A stretch of 64,000 nt of DNA from Sulfurihydrogenibium subterraneum DSM 15120 (GTDB taxonomy: Bacteria > Aquificota > Aquificia > Aquificales > Hydrogenothermaceae), in contig NZ_JHUV01000009.1 of the NCBI RefSeq assembly GCF_000619805.1, forward strand, positions 101,771 through 165,770. Reading direction: 5' to 3'. Under the pieces are notes generated by a model that was not told the origin of the DNA, did no database searches, and saw nothing but the letters and a program-made list of their open reading frames with translations. Positions 21,091-30,839 of this stretch are shown in pieces. Made by a program: the position numbers and the translations under genes. Each line of letters starts with the position of its first letter. Positions within the stretch are counted from its first letter, which is position 1.

Positions 21091-22482
21091 TCATAGATAT
21101 ACATACTCTTTTAACTTTACTATGTGAGGGTTTAAGTTTGTTTCTTCTTTTACTTTTTCTTTAAATACTTGCATCACTTCTGGTTCTCCGTGAATTAAGA
21201 AAACGGATTGTAAGTCTTTTGTAGTTTTAATGAATTTTATCAGACTGCTTTGATCGGCATGAGCCGAAAAACCGTTTATCGTGTAAATTCTTGCTTTTAC
21301 AGCTACCTCTTCTCCGTATATCTTTACAACCTTTGCACCATCTACAATCTGTCTGCCTAACGTTCCTTTTGCTTGATATCCAACAAAGATAACAGAAGAG
21401 TTTTCTCTCCACAAGTTGTGTTTTAAGTGATGCTTTATCCTTCCTCCATTACACATCCCACTTCCTGCCATTATAATAGCTCCTGACTCTATGTCGTTAA
21501 TCTTTCTTGATGCTTCCACTGACTCTGTAAAGTTAACCCAAGGGAAAACAAACGGATTTTGTCCTCTTTTTAAATATTCTAAAACCTCTCCGTTTAACTG
21601 ATTTGGAAATTGTAGAAAAAGTTTGGTTGCAGAGATTGCCAGAGGGCTGTCTAAGAAAATTTTACACTGTGGAAGTTCAGCGTTATCGTACATTTTTCTT
21701 AGGATAAAAAGTATCTCTTGGGCTCTCTCTAATGCAAATGTAGGAATTACTACATTCCCTCCGTCTTTGAAGCTTTCAATAATGGCTGTTTTAAACTCTT
21801 CTATCGTTTGGTCTAAAGGTTTATGGTTTCTATTTCCGTATGTAGATTCTATAAATAAAACATCAGCGTTTTTTGGATAATCTATAGGTTTTATTACAAG
21901 TTTGTTGTCTATTCCTAAGTCTCCTGAAAATATAATTTTTTTAGTGTTAGAGTTTTCTTTAACTGTAAGTTCAACATATCCACTTCCAAGGATATGTCCT
22001 GCATTTCTAAATATAATTTCAACATTTTTTGACAATTTATACTTTTCATTATATTCTAAGAGCACTTTGAAATACTCCATAGCCTCAAATACGTCATCTT
22101 CATCGTATAAAGGAGGCTTTGCTTCTTCTGGTTTACCTCTTCTTAAAGCTTTTTTATAGTTAACTTTATACTCTTCTGCCATAACTTTTGAAGCGTCTAA
22201 AAGCATAATCCTTGCAACTGCGTACGTAGCTCTTGTAGAGATTATCTTTCCTCTAAATCCTTGCTTAACCAGTAAAGGAATCCTTCCACAGTGGTCTATG
22301 TGGGCGTGGGTAAGTATAAGATAATCAATGTCTTTAGGATTAAATCCAAAAGGCTCGTAGTTTTTATCTTCTTCTAAACCTTGAAACATTCCACAGTCTA
22401 TAAGTATGTTCATATGGTCAACTTTAACTAAATGACACGAACCTGTTATACCTTCTACTCCACCAAACGATTGTACTATCAT
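21091..22482 (-). CDS. metallo-beta-lactamase fold beta-CASP family RNA-metabolising hydrolase
   Basis: HAHIDHCGRIPLL (HxHxDH), an MBL core, and a C-terminal beta-CASP-like region. 463 aa. Confidence 0.75.
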   Translation of the reverse strand: MIVQSFGGVEGITGSCHLVKVDHMNILIDCGMFQGLEEDKNYEPFGFNPKDIDYLILTHAHIDHCGRIPLLVKQGFRGKIISTRATYAVARIMLLDASKVMAEEYKVNYKKALRRGKPEEAKPPLYDEDDVFEAMEYFKVLLEYNEKYKLSKNVEIIFRNAGHILGSGYVELTVKENSNTKKIIFSGDLGIDNKLVIKPIDYPKNADVLFIESTYGNRNHKPLDQTIEEFKTAIIESFKDGGNVVIPTFALERAQEILFILRKMYDNAELPQCKIFLDSPLAISATKLFLQFPNQLNGEVLEYLKRGQNPFVFPWVNFTESVEASRKINDIESGAIIMAGSGMCNGGRIKHHLKHNLWRENSSVIFVGYQAKGTLGRQIVDGAKVVKIYGEEVAVKARIYTINGFSAHADQSSLIKFIKTTKDLQSVFLIHGEPEVMQVFKEKVKEETNLNPHIVKLKEYVYL

Positions 22483-22493
22483 ACAAATCTCCT

Positions 22494-23129
22494 TTAATGA
22501 TGATGGTGTCCTATTCCAAAGGCTCTAAGTATTGTCCAGATACCAAAAATAATAATAATAACTCCTGCCAACTTAGATAAATTCTTTCTGGTAGCTGGAG
22601 ATATAGAAGCTAACAATCTGGAAGAGAATAACATCGCAGGAATTGTCCCAAGCCCAAAAAAGAACATTGTAAGCATACCTTTAAAAGGGTCTTTATCTAA
22701 AACAGCTTTCATTAAAAATGCGTACACTAAAGGACAAGGTAGAAAGCCGTTAAACATACCTAAAAAGAAAGGAGATTTTCTAAATGCATTTAACATATCA
22801 GATATTGTAAAAAATATCACGTCTAAAAAAGGAACGCCTTTCTCTTTTATACTTCCCACAACCTGCAGTCCAAACACAATCATTCCAACACCTAAAAATA
22901 CAGATAAACCTTTTTGAAATATTTGAAACTCAAAATTATGAAAGTACATCCCAAGCAGTCCTGCTAAAAATCCAAGGAATACGTAAGTAAAAACTCTGCC
23001 AAAGTTGTAGAGAATATTACCAATCCAAAAGTTTTTGTAGATAATCAAAGACGGAATAGCACCACACATTCCGATACAGTGGTAAGAACCTAAAAACCCA
23101 CCTAAGAAAATCATAAAGTATTCAAGCAA
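22494..23129 (-). CDS. DsbD_2/UreH-like polytopic membrane protein with a C-terminal His4 tail, putative metal or thiol transporter
   Basis: Six predicted TM segments, a YHCIGMCGAIP motif, and a C-terminal GHHHH. Confidence 0.4.
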   Translation of the reverse strand: MLEYFMIFLGGFLGSYHCIGMCGAIPSLIIYKNFWIGNILYNFGRVFTYVFLGFLAGLLGMYFHNFEFQIFQKGLSVFLGVGMIVFGLQVVGSIKEKGVPFLDVIFFTISDMLNAFRKSPFFLGMFNGFLPCPLVYAFLMKAVLDKDPFKGMLTMFFFGLGTIPAMLFSSRLLASISPATRKNLSKLAGVIIIIFGIWTILRAFGIGHHHH

Positions 23130-23262
23130 ACAAGCACCCTAAACGGTTATATTTGATAAATAGAATAAGTTAAAAAAATTACTCAGTCAATAGATTTAAA
23201 AATCAAAATCTTAATTAAGATGAAAATTTTTAAGTGATTGATTTAAAAAGGCAAAAAAATTT

Positions 23263-23291
23263 TTGACAAGCCCTACATATAGTGTTATACT
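23263..23291 (+). promoter_or_regulatory. sigma70-like promoter for nrdBA (TTGACA-17 bp-TATACT)
   Basis: TTGACA at 23263-23268 and TATACT at 23286-23291 with a 17-nt spacer, ~35 bp upstream of the nrdB start. Confidence 0.55.
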
Positions 23292-23316
23292 TTTAAAAAT
23301 AAACTATATATAGTGG
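23271..23316 (+). promoter_or_regulatory. two NrdR-box-like palindromes overlapping the nrdB promoter and RBS
   Basis: cTACATATAGTGTt (23274-23287) and aACTATATATAGTGg (23302-23316) resemble the NrdR operator consensus acaCwAtATaTwGtgt, and they are paired ~29 bp apart. Confidence 0.4.
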
Positions 23317-23325
23317 AGGTACATC

Positions 23326-24306
23326 ATGGCACTTATCGGTAAAACCTCAGTTAGAGATAACATCAGACTCTCAGAAAATCCTAAGTACCCAGTTTTCAGA
23401 GAGCTTTACACAAAACAGAAAAAAGCAGTATGGTTTCCAGAAGAGCTTAACATACAACAAGACGTTTTAGATTACAAATCTTTAACACCTACAGAAAAAG
23501 AACTTTTTGATTCAGCAGTTGGATACTTTGCATCTTCAGAGCTACTGGTTCAAAACGTTTTAGGAAATGGATTTTTCCCTGTTTTAACAGACCCTTACGC
23601 AAAAATGAGTTTTTCAACTCAGATGTTTATGGAAAACATTCATTCAGACTTTTTTGAAATAATCCTTAACTCTTTTGATATGGACAGAAAAAGAATTTAC
23701 AACATTACCCTTGAAGATAAACTTTTAGAAGAAAAACAGGAGCTTATAGTAAGAGCTGTTGATAGAATAACTTACGGTAAAGCTGACCCTGACACTTTAG
23801 AAGGAAAAAAACAAATTCTAACTTCTATCCTTTTAAATAACATCATACAAGAAGGACTGTTTTTCTACTCTGCCTTTGCACACTTTTTTGCTATGAAGGA
23901 TACTGGAAAGATGAAAAATGTTGTTGCAGGAGTGGAGCTGATACTTATTGACGAGTCTTTACATCTACAAAACGGTATAGAAGCTATTCTTACAATGGTA
24001 GAGGAAAATCCTGAGATTGTTGATGATTATGATTTTGTTGAAAATATAAGACAGTCTATTATAGATGCGGTAGAGCTTGAACTAAACTATTTAAAAACAA
24101 AATTTGGAGGAACGACTATATTTGGAGTGTCTTACAACGAGCTTGAAAGGTACATGAAGTATATTGCAGACAGAAGACTTGTAGAGCTTGGCTTTGAGCC
24201 TCAGTTTGGTATAAATCAAAACCCTCTTAAATTCTTGCAAAAAGAAGACGTTAAAAAATTAACAAACTTCTTTGAAGTATCATCTACTGAATACACAAAC
24301 TTCTAA
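23326..24306 (+). CDS. nrdB: ribonucleoside-diphosphate reductase beta subunit (class I R2)
   Basis: Ferritin-like fold with di-iron ligand motifs (EN.HSDFF..., ESLHLQ), directly upstream of nrdA. Confidence 0.9.
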   Translation: MALIGKTSVRDNIRLSENPKYPVFRELYTKQKKAVWFPEELNIQQDVLDYKSLTPTEKELFDSAVGYFASSELLVQNVLGNGFFPVLTDPYAKMSFSTQMFMENIHSDFFEIILNSFDMDRKRIYNITLEDKLLEEKQELIVRAVDRITYGKADPDTLEGKKQILTSILLNNIIQEGLFFYSAFAHFFAMKDTGKMKNVVAGVELILIDESLHLQNGIEAILTMVEENPEIVDDYDFVENIRQSIIDAVELELNYLKTKFGGTTIFGVSYNELERYMKYIADRRLVELGFEPQFGINQNPLKFLQKEDVKKLTNFFEVSSTEYTNF

Positions 24307-24320
24307 AAAGGAGGAGGTTC

Positions 24321-27300
24321 ATGCAAAGAATTGTTATAAAGAGGGACGGAACTGTAGAAAAGTTCCAGATGAAAAAACTTGTAGATGCTATCTTTGCACT
24401 TTTAGAAGGCTTGGAGCTTCCTGATGATTACGAGATAGTATTTAAAGTAGCAAAAGAGCTTGATTTAAAAATTCCAGAAAAAGTTACAACAGAAGAACTT
24501 GATTATCTTGTGTTAAAGGCTATAGAACACCTTATACCAAAAAACTACATATACGACACACTTGCTACAAGACAGCTCCTAAAAATAATAAATAGAAGAA
24601 TAGACAGAAGATTTAGATCGTTTAAAGATTACATAAACTATGCAGTAGAAGAAAAGCTGTTAAAACCAGAGTTATTACAGTTTGATTTAGACAGAATAGA
24701 AAATGCAATAGACTACTCAAGGGATTACAACCTTGACTACTTTGGACTTTCTACCTTAAAAGACAGATACTTAATGAAAGATAGAGAATTTGAGACTATA
24801 GAAAAACCTCAATGGTTTTTTATGAGAGTTGCTATGGGAATAGGCAACACAGAAGACGAAATAATCAAGATATACAACAAACTTTCAAACCTTGAGTACT
24901 TACATTCCACACCAACACTGTTTAACTCTGGAACCCTTACAAATCAGTATAGCAGTTGTTTTCCTGCAGGAACACCTGTTATAACAAAAGATGGAGTAAA
25001 AAATATAGAGGATATTAAAATCGGAGATGTTGTCCTAACAGCTGAAGGAAATTACAGAGTAGTTTCAGGTTTATTTAGCAGAAAATATCAAAGAGACCTC
25101 TACAAACTTCACGTTTGGGGATTGTGGGGTAAAGAGGAAACTGTAAAGGCAACTGATGACCATAAATTTTTAGTGTTAAAAAAAGAAGATATAGAGTGTA
25201 ATAGAAAATTTGTTAAAGTCTGTCCTCCTTATCAAAATACTGAAAAATGTTATCCTGTTAAGAAACAGTATGCTTATACGTGTGAAGAAGTTGAAACTAA
25301 CTTGTTAGAAAATTTAAAATGGGTTGAAGCAAAAGATATAGAAGCTGGAGATTACATAGTTATTCCATATCCAAAAGAGATAAGTGAAAAGGTTGAGCTA
25401 AATATTTTAGATTATGTTGATAATCCTTACTTAGTAGAAAAAGATGGCTTTATTTACAAAGTAAACCATGACAAACAAAAAAGAACGCCAGAATTTAACA
25501 ATCAAATAAACAAAATCAAAAGTAGGATAAAAATTGATTACGATTTTATGAGATTTTTAGGTTATTATGTTGCTGAAGGTTATATTAATAAATCTGGAAA
25601 TAAACTTTCTACTGTGTTTACTTTTGGAGTTAAAGATAAAGAGTTTATTGAAGATGTTATCTCTTTAAGTAAAAAACTTTTTGATATCAATCCAACTGTA
25701 GCACATAATAAGGATAATTCAGTAAGAATTACTATAAACAGCACATATCTATCCCAATTTATTAAAAATTTAGTAGGAACAGGATTCAATAAAAAAATTC
25801 TTCCTCCAGAAGTAATGCTTGCAAATCCAGAAGCTCAAAAAGGTTTAATAGTAGGTTTATTTAGAGGAGATGCTACAGCTGTAAGCGACGGATACAGACT
25901 TACACTTTCAAATAAAACCCTTATTTACCAAACATTCCATATTTTATTAAGGATAGGAAGTTTACCAAGAATATCGAAAGCTTTAAAAAATCAGCTTGCT
26001 ACTGAAGACCCTTATTCCGTTCACATATCCATAAATGACAGTGAAGATTTAATAAAACTTATAAACAAAGACACCTACAAGATAACAGCAAAACCAGATA
26101 AAACAAAAATAAACAGCTACAGATTCAGATACAAAGACTTTGTTTTCTACAAAATAACGAAAGTAGAAAAAGAAACCTTTGACGGAATTGTTTACGACTT
26201 TGAAGTTAGAGGAGACCACAGCTTCACAGCTAACTTAGTTGCAGCACATAACTGCTACGTCAACGTTGTCGATGACTCTTTAGAGTCTATTATGGATAAA
26301 GCAAAAGAGACCGCATTTTTAGCCAAGTATGCTGGAGGAGTTGGAACAGATGTAACCAGAATAAGAGCAACAGGCTCAAAAATACACTCTCTTAACGCAA
26401 AATCGTCAGGAATAATACCGTTTATAAAAATCTTTGACACGATAGTAAACGCAATTCAGCAAGGTGGTAGGAGAAGAAGCTCCCAAGTTATGTATCTACA
26501 ACCTTGGCATTTAGACGTAGAAGCATTCTTAGACTTAAGAGAAACTACAGGAAACCCTTACTTTAGAACACCTTCTCTCAATACAGCTCTCTGGATGCCA
26601 GATGAACTTATGAGAAGAATAAAAGAAGGAGAGCCTATTTACCTTTTTGACCCAGCAGAATGTCCAAAATTAGTCACAGCATGGGGAGAGGAGTTTAAAA
26701 AAGAGTATGAAAAATGTATAGAAAAAGCGGAAAAAGGCGAGTTAAAACTATGGAAGAAAATAGACAGTAAAGACTTTTATAAAAAGTATCTCTTTAAACT
26801 TGCTAAAACAGGTCATCCCTGGCTCACGTTTAAAGACAGACACAACGAAAAAAACCCTTGCCCTCAGTATAGCGTAATAAACTCATCTAACCTTTGTACC
26901 GAAATAAGTATTCCAAACTCTCCTGAGAGTACTGCAGTTTGTACGCTTGCATCGGTTAATTTAGCAAGGCACGTAAAAGAAGATAAATCAGACTTTGACT
27001 GGGACAAGTTGAAAGACACATTAGAAACTATGGTTGTTGCCCTTGACAATATCCTTGATAAAAACTTCTATCCTTCAGAAGAATCAAGAAAGAATACAAT
27101 GGATTTAAGACCAATTGGCATCGGAGTTATGGGATTTCACGAAGCACTGATAAAGTTAGGAATCTCTTACGATAGTGATAAAGCAGTTGAAACAGCAAGG
27201 AAGATAGCCAAGTTTATGAGAGAGGTAACATACGCAAAATCTCAGGAGCTGGCAAAAGAAAGAGGAGCATTCCCTCACTACTATGAAGCAAACTACGATT

Positions 27301-27989
27301 ATCCACCAAGAAGAAACGCCGTCTTATTAGCTATAGCACCAACAGCTTCCATATCAATTATAGCCGGAACCTCTTCAAGTATAGACAACTATTTCTCTAA
27401 TATCTTCTCGAGGGATACACTGTCAGGAAAGTTTATAGTTATAAACAAACCACTTATGAAAGAGTTAGAAGAAAGTGGATTATGGTCAGAGGAGCTGGCG
27501 GAAAAGATAAAAGCCCACCAAGGAAGTATCCAGTACATAGAAGAGTTAGACGGTAAGATAGATAAATCTCTATATAAAACAGCTTACGAAGTATCACCTT
27601 ACAGACAGATAGATATAGCAGCTGCATTCCAAGAGCACATAGATCAAGCAGTGTCTAAGTCTTTATACATAGAGGAAGATTTAAGAGATAAGATGGAAGA
27701 TATATACATGTACGCTTGGGAAAAAGGTTTAAAATCTACTTACTACTGCTTTATCGATAAAACAGTCAAAGGTGAAAAGTACACTATGAATGTTAATAAA
27801 CGTGGAGAAAGAAGAGGTTTTGGACTTGCAAGAAGAAACGATAAAGAGTTAGAAAAAGAGCTTGAGGAAATTGAAAAACAGGCAAGGGAAAAGTATGGAG
27901 ATGAAGTTGTAGATGCTGTAAAAAGCGGTAATATAGAAGGCTGTCCAACAGACCCTTTACTTGCAAAGATATGTCCAAGTTGTGAGTAA
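24321..27989 (+). CDS. nrdA: ribonucleoside-diphosphate reductase alpha subunit (class I) interrupted in-frame by an intein
   Basis: ATP-cone N-terminus and an RNR barrel (NLCTEI, catalytic cysteines, C-terminal CPSCE tail). Extein length ~790 aa once the 432-aa intein is removed. Confidence 0.95.
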   Translation: MQRIVIKRDGTVEKFQMKKLVDAIFALLEGLELPDDYEIVFKVAKELDLKIPEKVTTEELDYLVLKAIEHLIPKNYIYDTLATRQLLKIINRRIDRRFRSFKDYINYAVEEKLLKPELLQFDLDRIENAIDYSRDYNLDYFGLSTLKDRYLMKDREFETIEKPQWFFMRVAMGIGNTEDEIIKIYNKLSNLEYLHSTPTLFNSGTLTNQYSSCFPAGTPVITKDGVKNIEDIKIGDVVLTAEGNYRVVSGLFSRKYQRDLYKLHVWGLWGKEETVKATDDHKFLVLKKEDIECNRKFVKVCPPYQNTEKCYPVKKQYAYTCEEVETNLLENLKWVEAKDIEAGDYIVIPYPKEISEKVELNILDYVDNPYLVEKDGFIYKVNHDKQKRTPEFNNQINKIKSRIKIDYDFMRFLGYYVAEGYINKSGNKLSTVFTFGVKDKEFIEDVISLSKKLFDINPTVAHNKDNSVRITINSTYLSQFIKNLVGTGFNKKILPPEVMLANPEAQKGLIVGLFRGDATAVSDGYRLTLSNKTLIYQTFHILLRIGSLPRISKALKNQLATEDPYSVHISINDSEDLIKLINKDTYKITAKPDKTKINSYRFRYKDFVFYKITKVEKETFDGIVYDFEVRGDHSFTANLVAAHNCYVNVVDDSLESIMDKAKETAFLAKYAGGVGTDVTRIRATGSKIHSLNAKSSGIIPFIKIFDTIVNAIQQGGRRRSSQVMYLQPWHLDVEAFLDLRETTGNPYFRTPSLNTALWMPDELMRRIKEGEPIYLFDPAECPKLVTAWGEEFKKEYEKCIEKAEKGELKLWKKIDSKDFYKKYLFKLAKTGHPWLTFKDRHNEKNPCPQYSVINSSNLCTEISIPNSPESTAVCTLASVNLARHVKEDKSDFDWDKLKDTLETMVVALDNILDKNFYPSEESRKNTMDLRPIGIGVMGFHEALIKLGISYDSDKAVETARKIAKFMREVTYAKSQELAKERGAFPHYYEANYDYPPRRNAVLLAIAPTASISIIAGTSSSIDNYFSNIFSRDTLSGKFIVINKPLMKELEESGLWSEELAEKIKAHQGSIQYIEELDGKIDKSLYKTAYEVSPYRQIDIAAAFQEHIDQAVSKSLYIEEDLRDKMEDIYMYAWEKGLKSTYYCFIDKTVKGEKYTMNVNKRGERRGFGLARRNDKELEKELEEIEKQAREKYGDEVVDAVKSGNIEGCPTDPLLAKICPSCE
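24957..26252 (+). mobile_element. intein (432 aa) with a LAGLIDADG homing-endonuclease domain inside nrdA
   Basis: It starts with Cys after ...QYSS and ends ...VAAHN, followed by the extein Cys (CYVN). Block A CFPAGTPVITKDG, LAGLIDADG-like LGYYVAEGY and LIVGLFRGDAT, and a terminal HN. Confidence 0.85.
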
Positions 27990-27995
27990 AAAAAT

Positions 27996-28178
27996 ATGAT
28001 AAAAAAAGAAGATTTAGAAAAAGAAATAGAAAATCTACCGGAGGAGGTTGTATCCTCCGGTTATTCTAAAGGATACAATCCAAACGACATACTTTGCCGA
28101 ATGTGTGCTTACAAATCCTGCATGCAAGAAAAACAAGGTAGGCTACTTCTTGGAAGCAAACTAAAAAAGAAACCCTGA
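27996..28178 (+). CDS. small hypothetical protein (60 aa) downstream of nrdA
   Basis: Short ORF in the operon position. It contains CRMCAYKSC. Coding status is uncertain. Confidence 0.25.
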   Translation: MIKKEDLEKEIENLPEEVVSSGYSKGYNPNDILCRMCAYKSCMQEKQGRLLLGSKLKKKP

Positions 28179-28248
28179 TTTAAAACATTTATCTTTTTAT
28201 CAAAAACAGTAAAATTTTATAAAACTAACTTTAAAGGACTATCTAAAT

Positions 28249-29589
28249 TTGAAGTACATAAAAACAGACATCACCTGTAGATTAGATAATCTTCCTTGGA
28301 CACCTTTTCATACAAAATTTGTTATAGCCCTTGGTATAACATGGATTTTAGATGCTTTTGAGGTAGTTATTGTAAGTGTTGTACTAAAATCTATGTCAAA
28401 GAGTCTTAATCTTTCTACCTTTGAATCTTCTTGGCTTGTAAGCAGTTTTTTAATAGGAGCTCTCGTAGGAGCTTTTATCTTTGGTTATCTTGCAGACAAG
28501 TACGGAAGAAAAAAGATATTTTTTATAACACTACTTTTATACTCATTAGGAACTTTTTTAACAGGATTTACTAACTCTTTTTATGAGGTACTGTTTTTTA
28601 GATTTATAACAGGTCTTGGACTTGGTGGAGAGTTTTCTGCTATCCATTCTGCCATAGATGAGTTTGTACCTTCTAAATACAGAGGAAGAGTTGACGGGTT
28701 TATAACAGCTTCTTGGAATTTTGGTAGTATTCTTGCTTCTTTAACAGGAATGTATCTACTTTCAAATCTTCCAGAAGACAGAGCTTGGAGGTATGCTTTT
28801 TTATTTGGAGGAGTACTGGCTTTAATTATAGTAGTAGTTAGATTTTTTATCCCTGAATCTCCGCGATGGCTAATATCAAAAGGTTATACAGAAAAAGCAC
28901 ATCAGATATTAGAAAGTATTGAAAAAAAATATAAAGTAAAACCAATAGAAAAAGAGTGTAATATCCCAGTATTTGAAGGAAGTTTATACGATTCTATAAA
29001 GATTATCTTTAAAAAGTATAAAGGAAGATTTTTATTTGGAACTGCTATGAGTTTTACAATACTCACAACCTACTACGGTTTTATAACAATATTACCGCTG
29101 GTTATAACCAATGAATACAACCTTCCCACTTCAGAGATACCTAAACTCCTTCTTTATGCAAGTATAGGAGGATTTATAGGAGGTTTAGTTGTATCGTTTT
29201 TATCTGATACGATAGGAAGAAGGGCAACAGGAACGATTATAGCTTTAATATCAATGCTTTTATCAACTTTGTTTTTATTTTCTCAAGATATTTACTCTAC
29301 CGTTTTTATATACTCTCTATTTGCTTATTCTTTTGCAAGTGTTGCCTACGTGTCAGCTATGGAGATTTATCCTTCATACTTAAGGGCTACTGCTGTAGGG
29401 ATTCTATCTGTAATAGGAAGACTGTCAGGTATTTTAGCTCCACCTTTACTTACATTCTTATCTCAGATAAACTATAAGTATTCAATATTAGGATTGACAA
29501 GCTTCTGGCTTGTAGGTTTTATAGGATTTTTTATATGGTCTAAGTTTGGCGTAGAAGCAAAGGGAAAATCAATAGAAGAGATAAGTTAA
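28249..29589 (+). CDS. MFS transporter (sugar-porter / metabolite:H+ symporter-like)
   Basis: Twelve TM segments and the MFS signature GRKKIFFITLLLYSLGTF. It appears to use a TTG start. Confidence 0.8.
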   Translation: MKYIKTDITCRLDNLPWTPFHTKFVIALGITWILDAFEVVIVSVVLKSMSKSLNLSTFESSWLVSSFLIGALVGAFIFGYLADKYGRKKIFFITLLLYSLGTFLTGFTNSFYEVLFFRFITGLGLGGEFSAIHSAIDEFVPSKYRGRVDGFITASWNFGSILASLTGMYLLSNLPEDRAWRYAFLFGGVLALIIVVVRFFIPESPRWLISKGYTEKAHQILESIEKKYKVKPIEKECNIPVFEGSLYDSIKIIFKKYKGRFLFGTAMSFTILTTYYGFITILPLVITNEYNLPTSEIPKLLLYASIGGFIGGLVVSFLSDTIGRRATGTIIALISMLLSTLFLFSQDIYSTVFIYSLFAYSFASVAYVSAMEIYPSYLRATAVGILSVIGRLSGILAPPLLTFLSQINYKYSILGLTSFWLVGFIGFFIWSKFGVEAKGKSIEEIS

Positions 29590-29906
29590 ACTCTTTCTAC
29601 TTGATAAGTATCTTTTTTATCTTGGTAGTATAATACAATCTTAAATTCAGATAGTCCTTTTAAAATTTCTTTCATTACATCATCTTTTAATTTTACGTAA
29701 GTCTTTGTTGAAGATAAATTTTCTTTATACTCGTCAGGATAGTTTTCTACGTCATAAACCGTATCTTGAGTTTGCCATACCCTTTTTATAAGTCCAAAGG
29801 TTGAGTGTTCTTGTATCTCTATTGGAAACATTGAGATAATTTGACTGTCTAAAATCTCTATCTCTACTTTTTGAGGATAAAATCTTGTAAGTTTAAATTT
29901 TATCAT
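29586..29906 (-). CDS. hypothetical protein
   Basis: 106-aa ORF with no recognisable motif. Confidence 0.35.
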   Translation of the reverse strand: MIKFKLTRFYPQKVEIEILDSQIISMFPIEIQEHSTFGLIKRVWQTQDTVYDVENYPDEYKENLSSTKTYVKLKDDVMKEILKGLSEFKIVLYYQDKKDTYQVERV

Positions 29907-29913
29907 TTTTAAT

Positions 29914-29934
29914 AAAAGGGGCTAAAAGCCCCCT
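29914..29934 (-). terminator. rho-independent terminator downstream of the peroxiredoxin gene
   Basis: The minus strand reads GGGGCTTTTAGCCCC followed by TTTTATTAAAAAT. Confidence 0.6.
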
Positions 29935-29942
29935 CTATGTTA

Positions 29943-30548
29943 TTACTCTTGAAGAGCTTCGTAAACGTGTCCTACTAACTCTTCTGATGGTTTTAAAGTT
30001 TTCTTTCCTGGTTCCCATTTAGCAGGACATGCTTCGTCTGGATGAGACATTAGATACGCGTTAGCTTTCATCTTTCTAACTAACTCATCAGCGTTTCTAC
30101 CTACATTGTAGAAGTTAACTTCTGATGATACAAGTTTACCTTCTGGGCTTATGATGAAAGTTCCTCTTAAAGCAAAACCTGTATTGCAGTCATAAACTCC
30201 AAACATTCTTGAGATTTTTCCTGTTGGGTCAGCTCCCATTGGATACTTAACGTTAGCTAAAAGTTTTTCATCTTTTTGCCATGCAAGGTGAACAAATTTT
30301 GTATCTGTAGATACAGAAACAACTTCAGCACCTAACTTTTTCAATTCTTCATACTTTTCTGCTAAATCTGCAAGCTCTGTTGGGCATACAAACGTAAAGT
30401 CTGCTGGATAGAAGAATAGGATAGTCCACTTGTTTTCTTTTTTAGCATCTGCAAGTGAAAACTTTCCAAACTTTCCTGTTGCAGGCTCATATGTTTCCAT
30501 TTCAAAATCTGGGACTTGCTGACCTACTAAGATTACTTTTTCTTCCAT
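29943..30548 (-). CDS. 2-Cys peroxiredoxin (AhpC/Prx1 family)
   Basis: Peroxidatic Cys motif FTFVCPTE and a resolving Cys in the C-terminal EACPAKWEPG. Confidence 0.9.
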   Translation of the reverse strand: MEEKVILVGQQVPDFEMETYEPATGKFGKFSLADAKKENKWTILFFYPADFTFVCPTELADLAEKYEELKKLGAEVVSVSTDTKFVHLAWQKDEKLLANVKYPMGADPTGKISRMFGVYDCNTGFALRGTFIISPEGKLVSSEVNFYNVGRNADELVRKMKANAYLMSHPDEACPAKWEPGKKTLKPSEELVGHVYEALQE

Positions 30549-30839
30549 GATATTACCTCCCTTTGAAGTTTTTTACAATACTAATGATAACAATTCTTAA
30601 TAATGTTTTAAAATGATTACTATCATAATAGTGAATTACTTTTTAGATTTTTGCAACAATTTTTGAATTTTTGCAAAATAAAACATTGTTATTAAGATTT
30701 TTATGCTTACAACAGTTTTTTATTTTGGCATAAGGTTTGCATATTGTAAAATTGAAGTTAAATTAAAAATCCGTAATTGACTTTTGAATTTGAATAGGAT
30801 AATCTATATCACTGAAAATTTTAACAGGAGGTATGTAGT

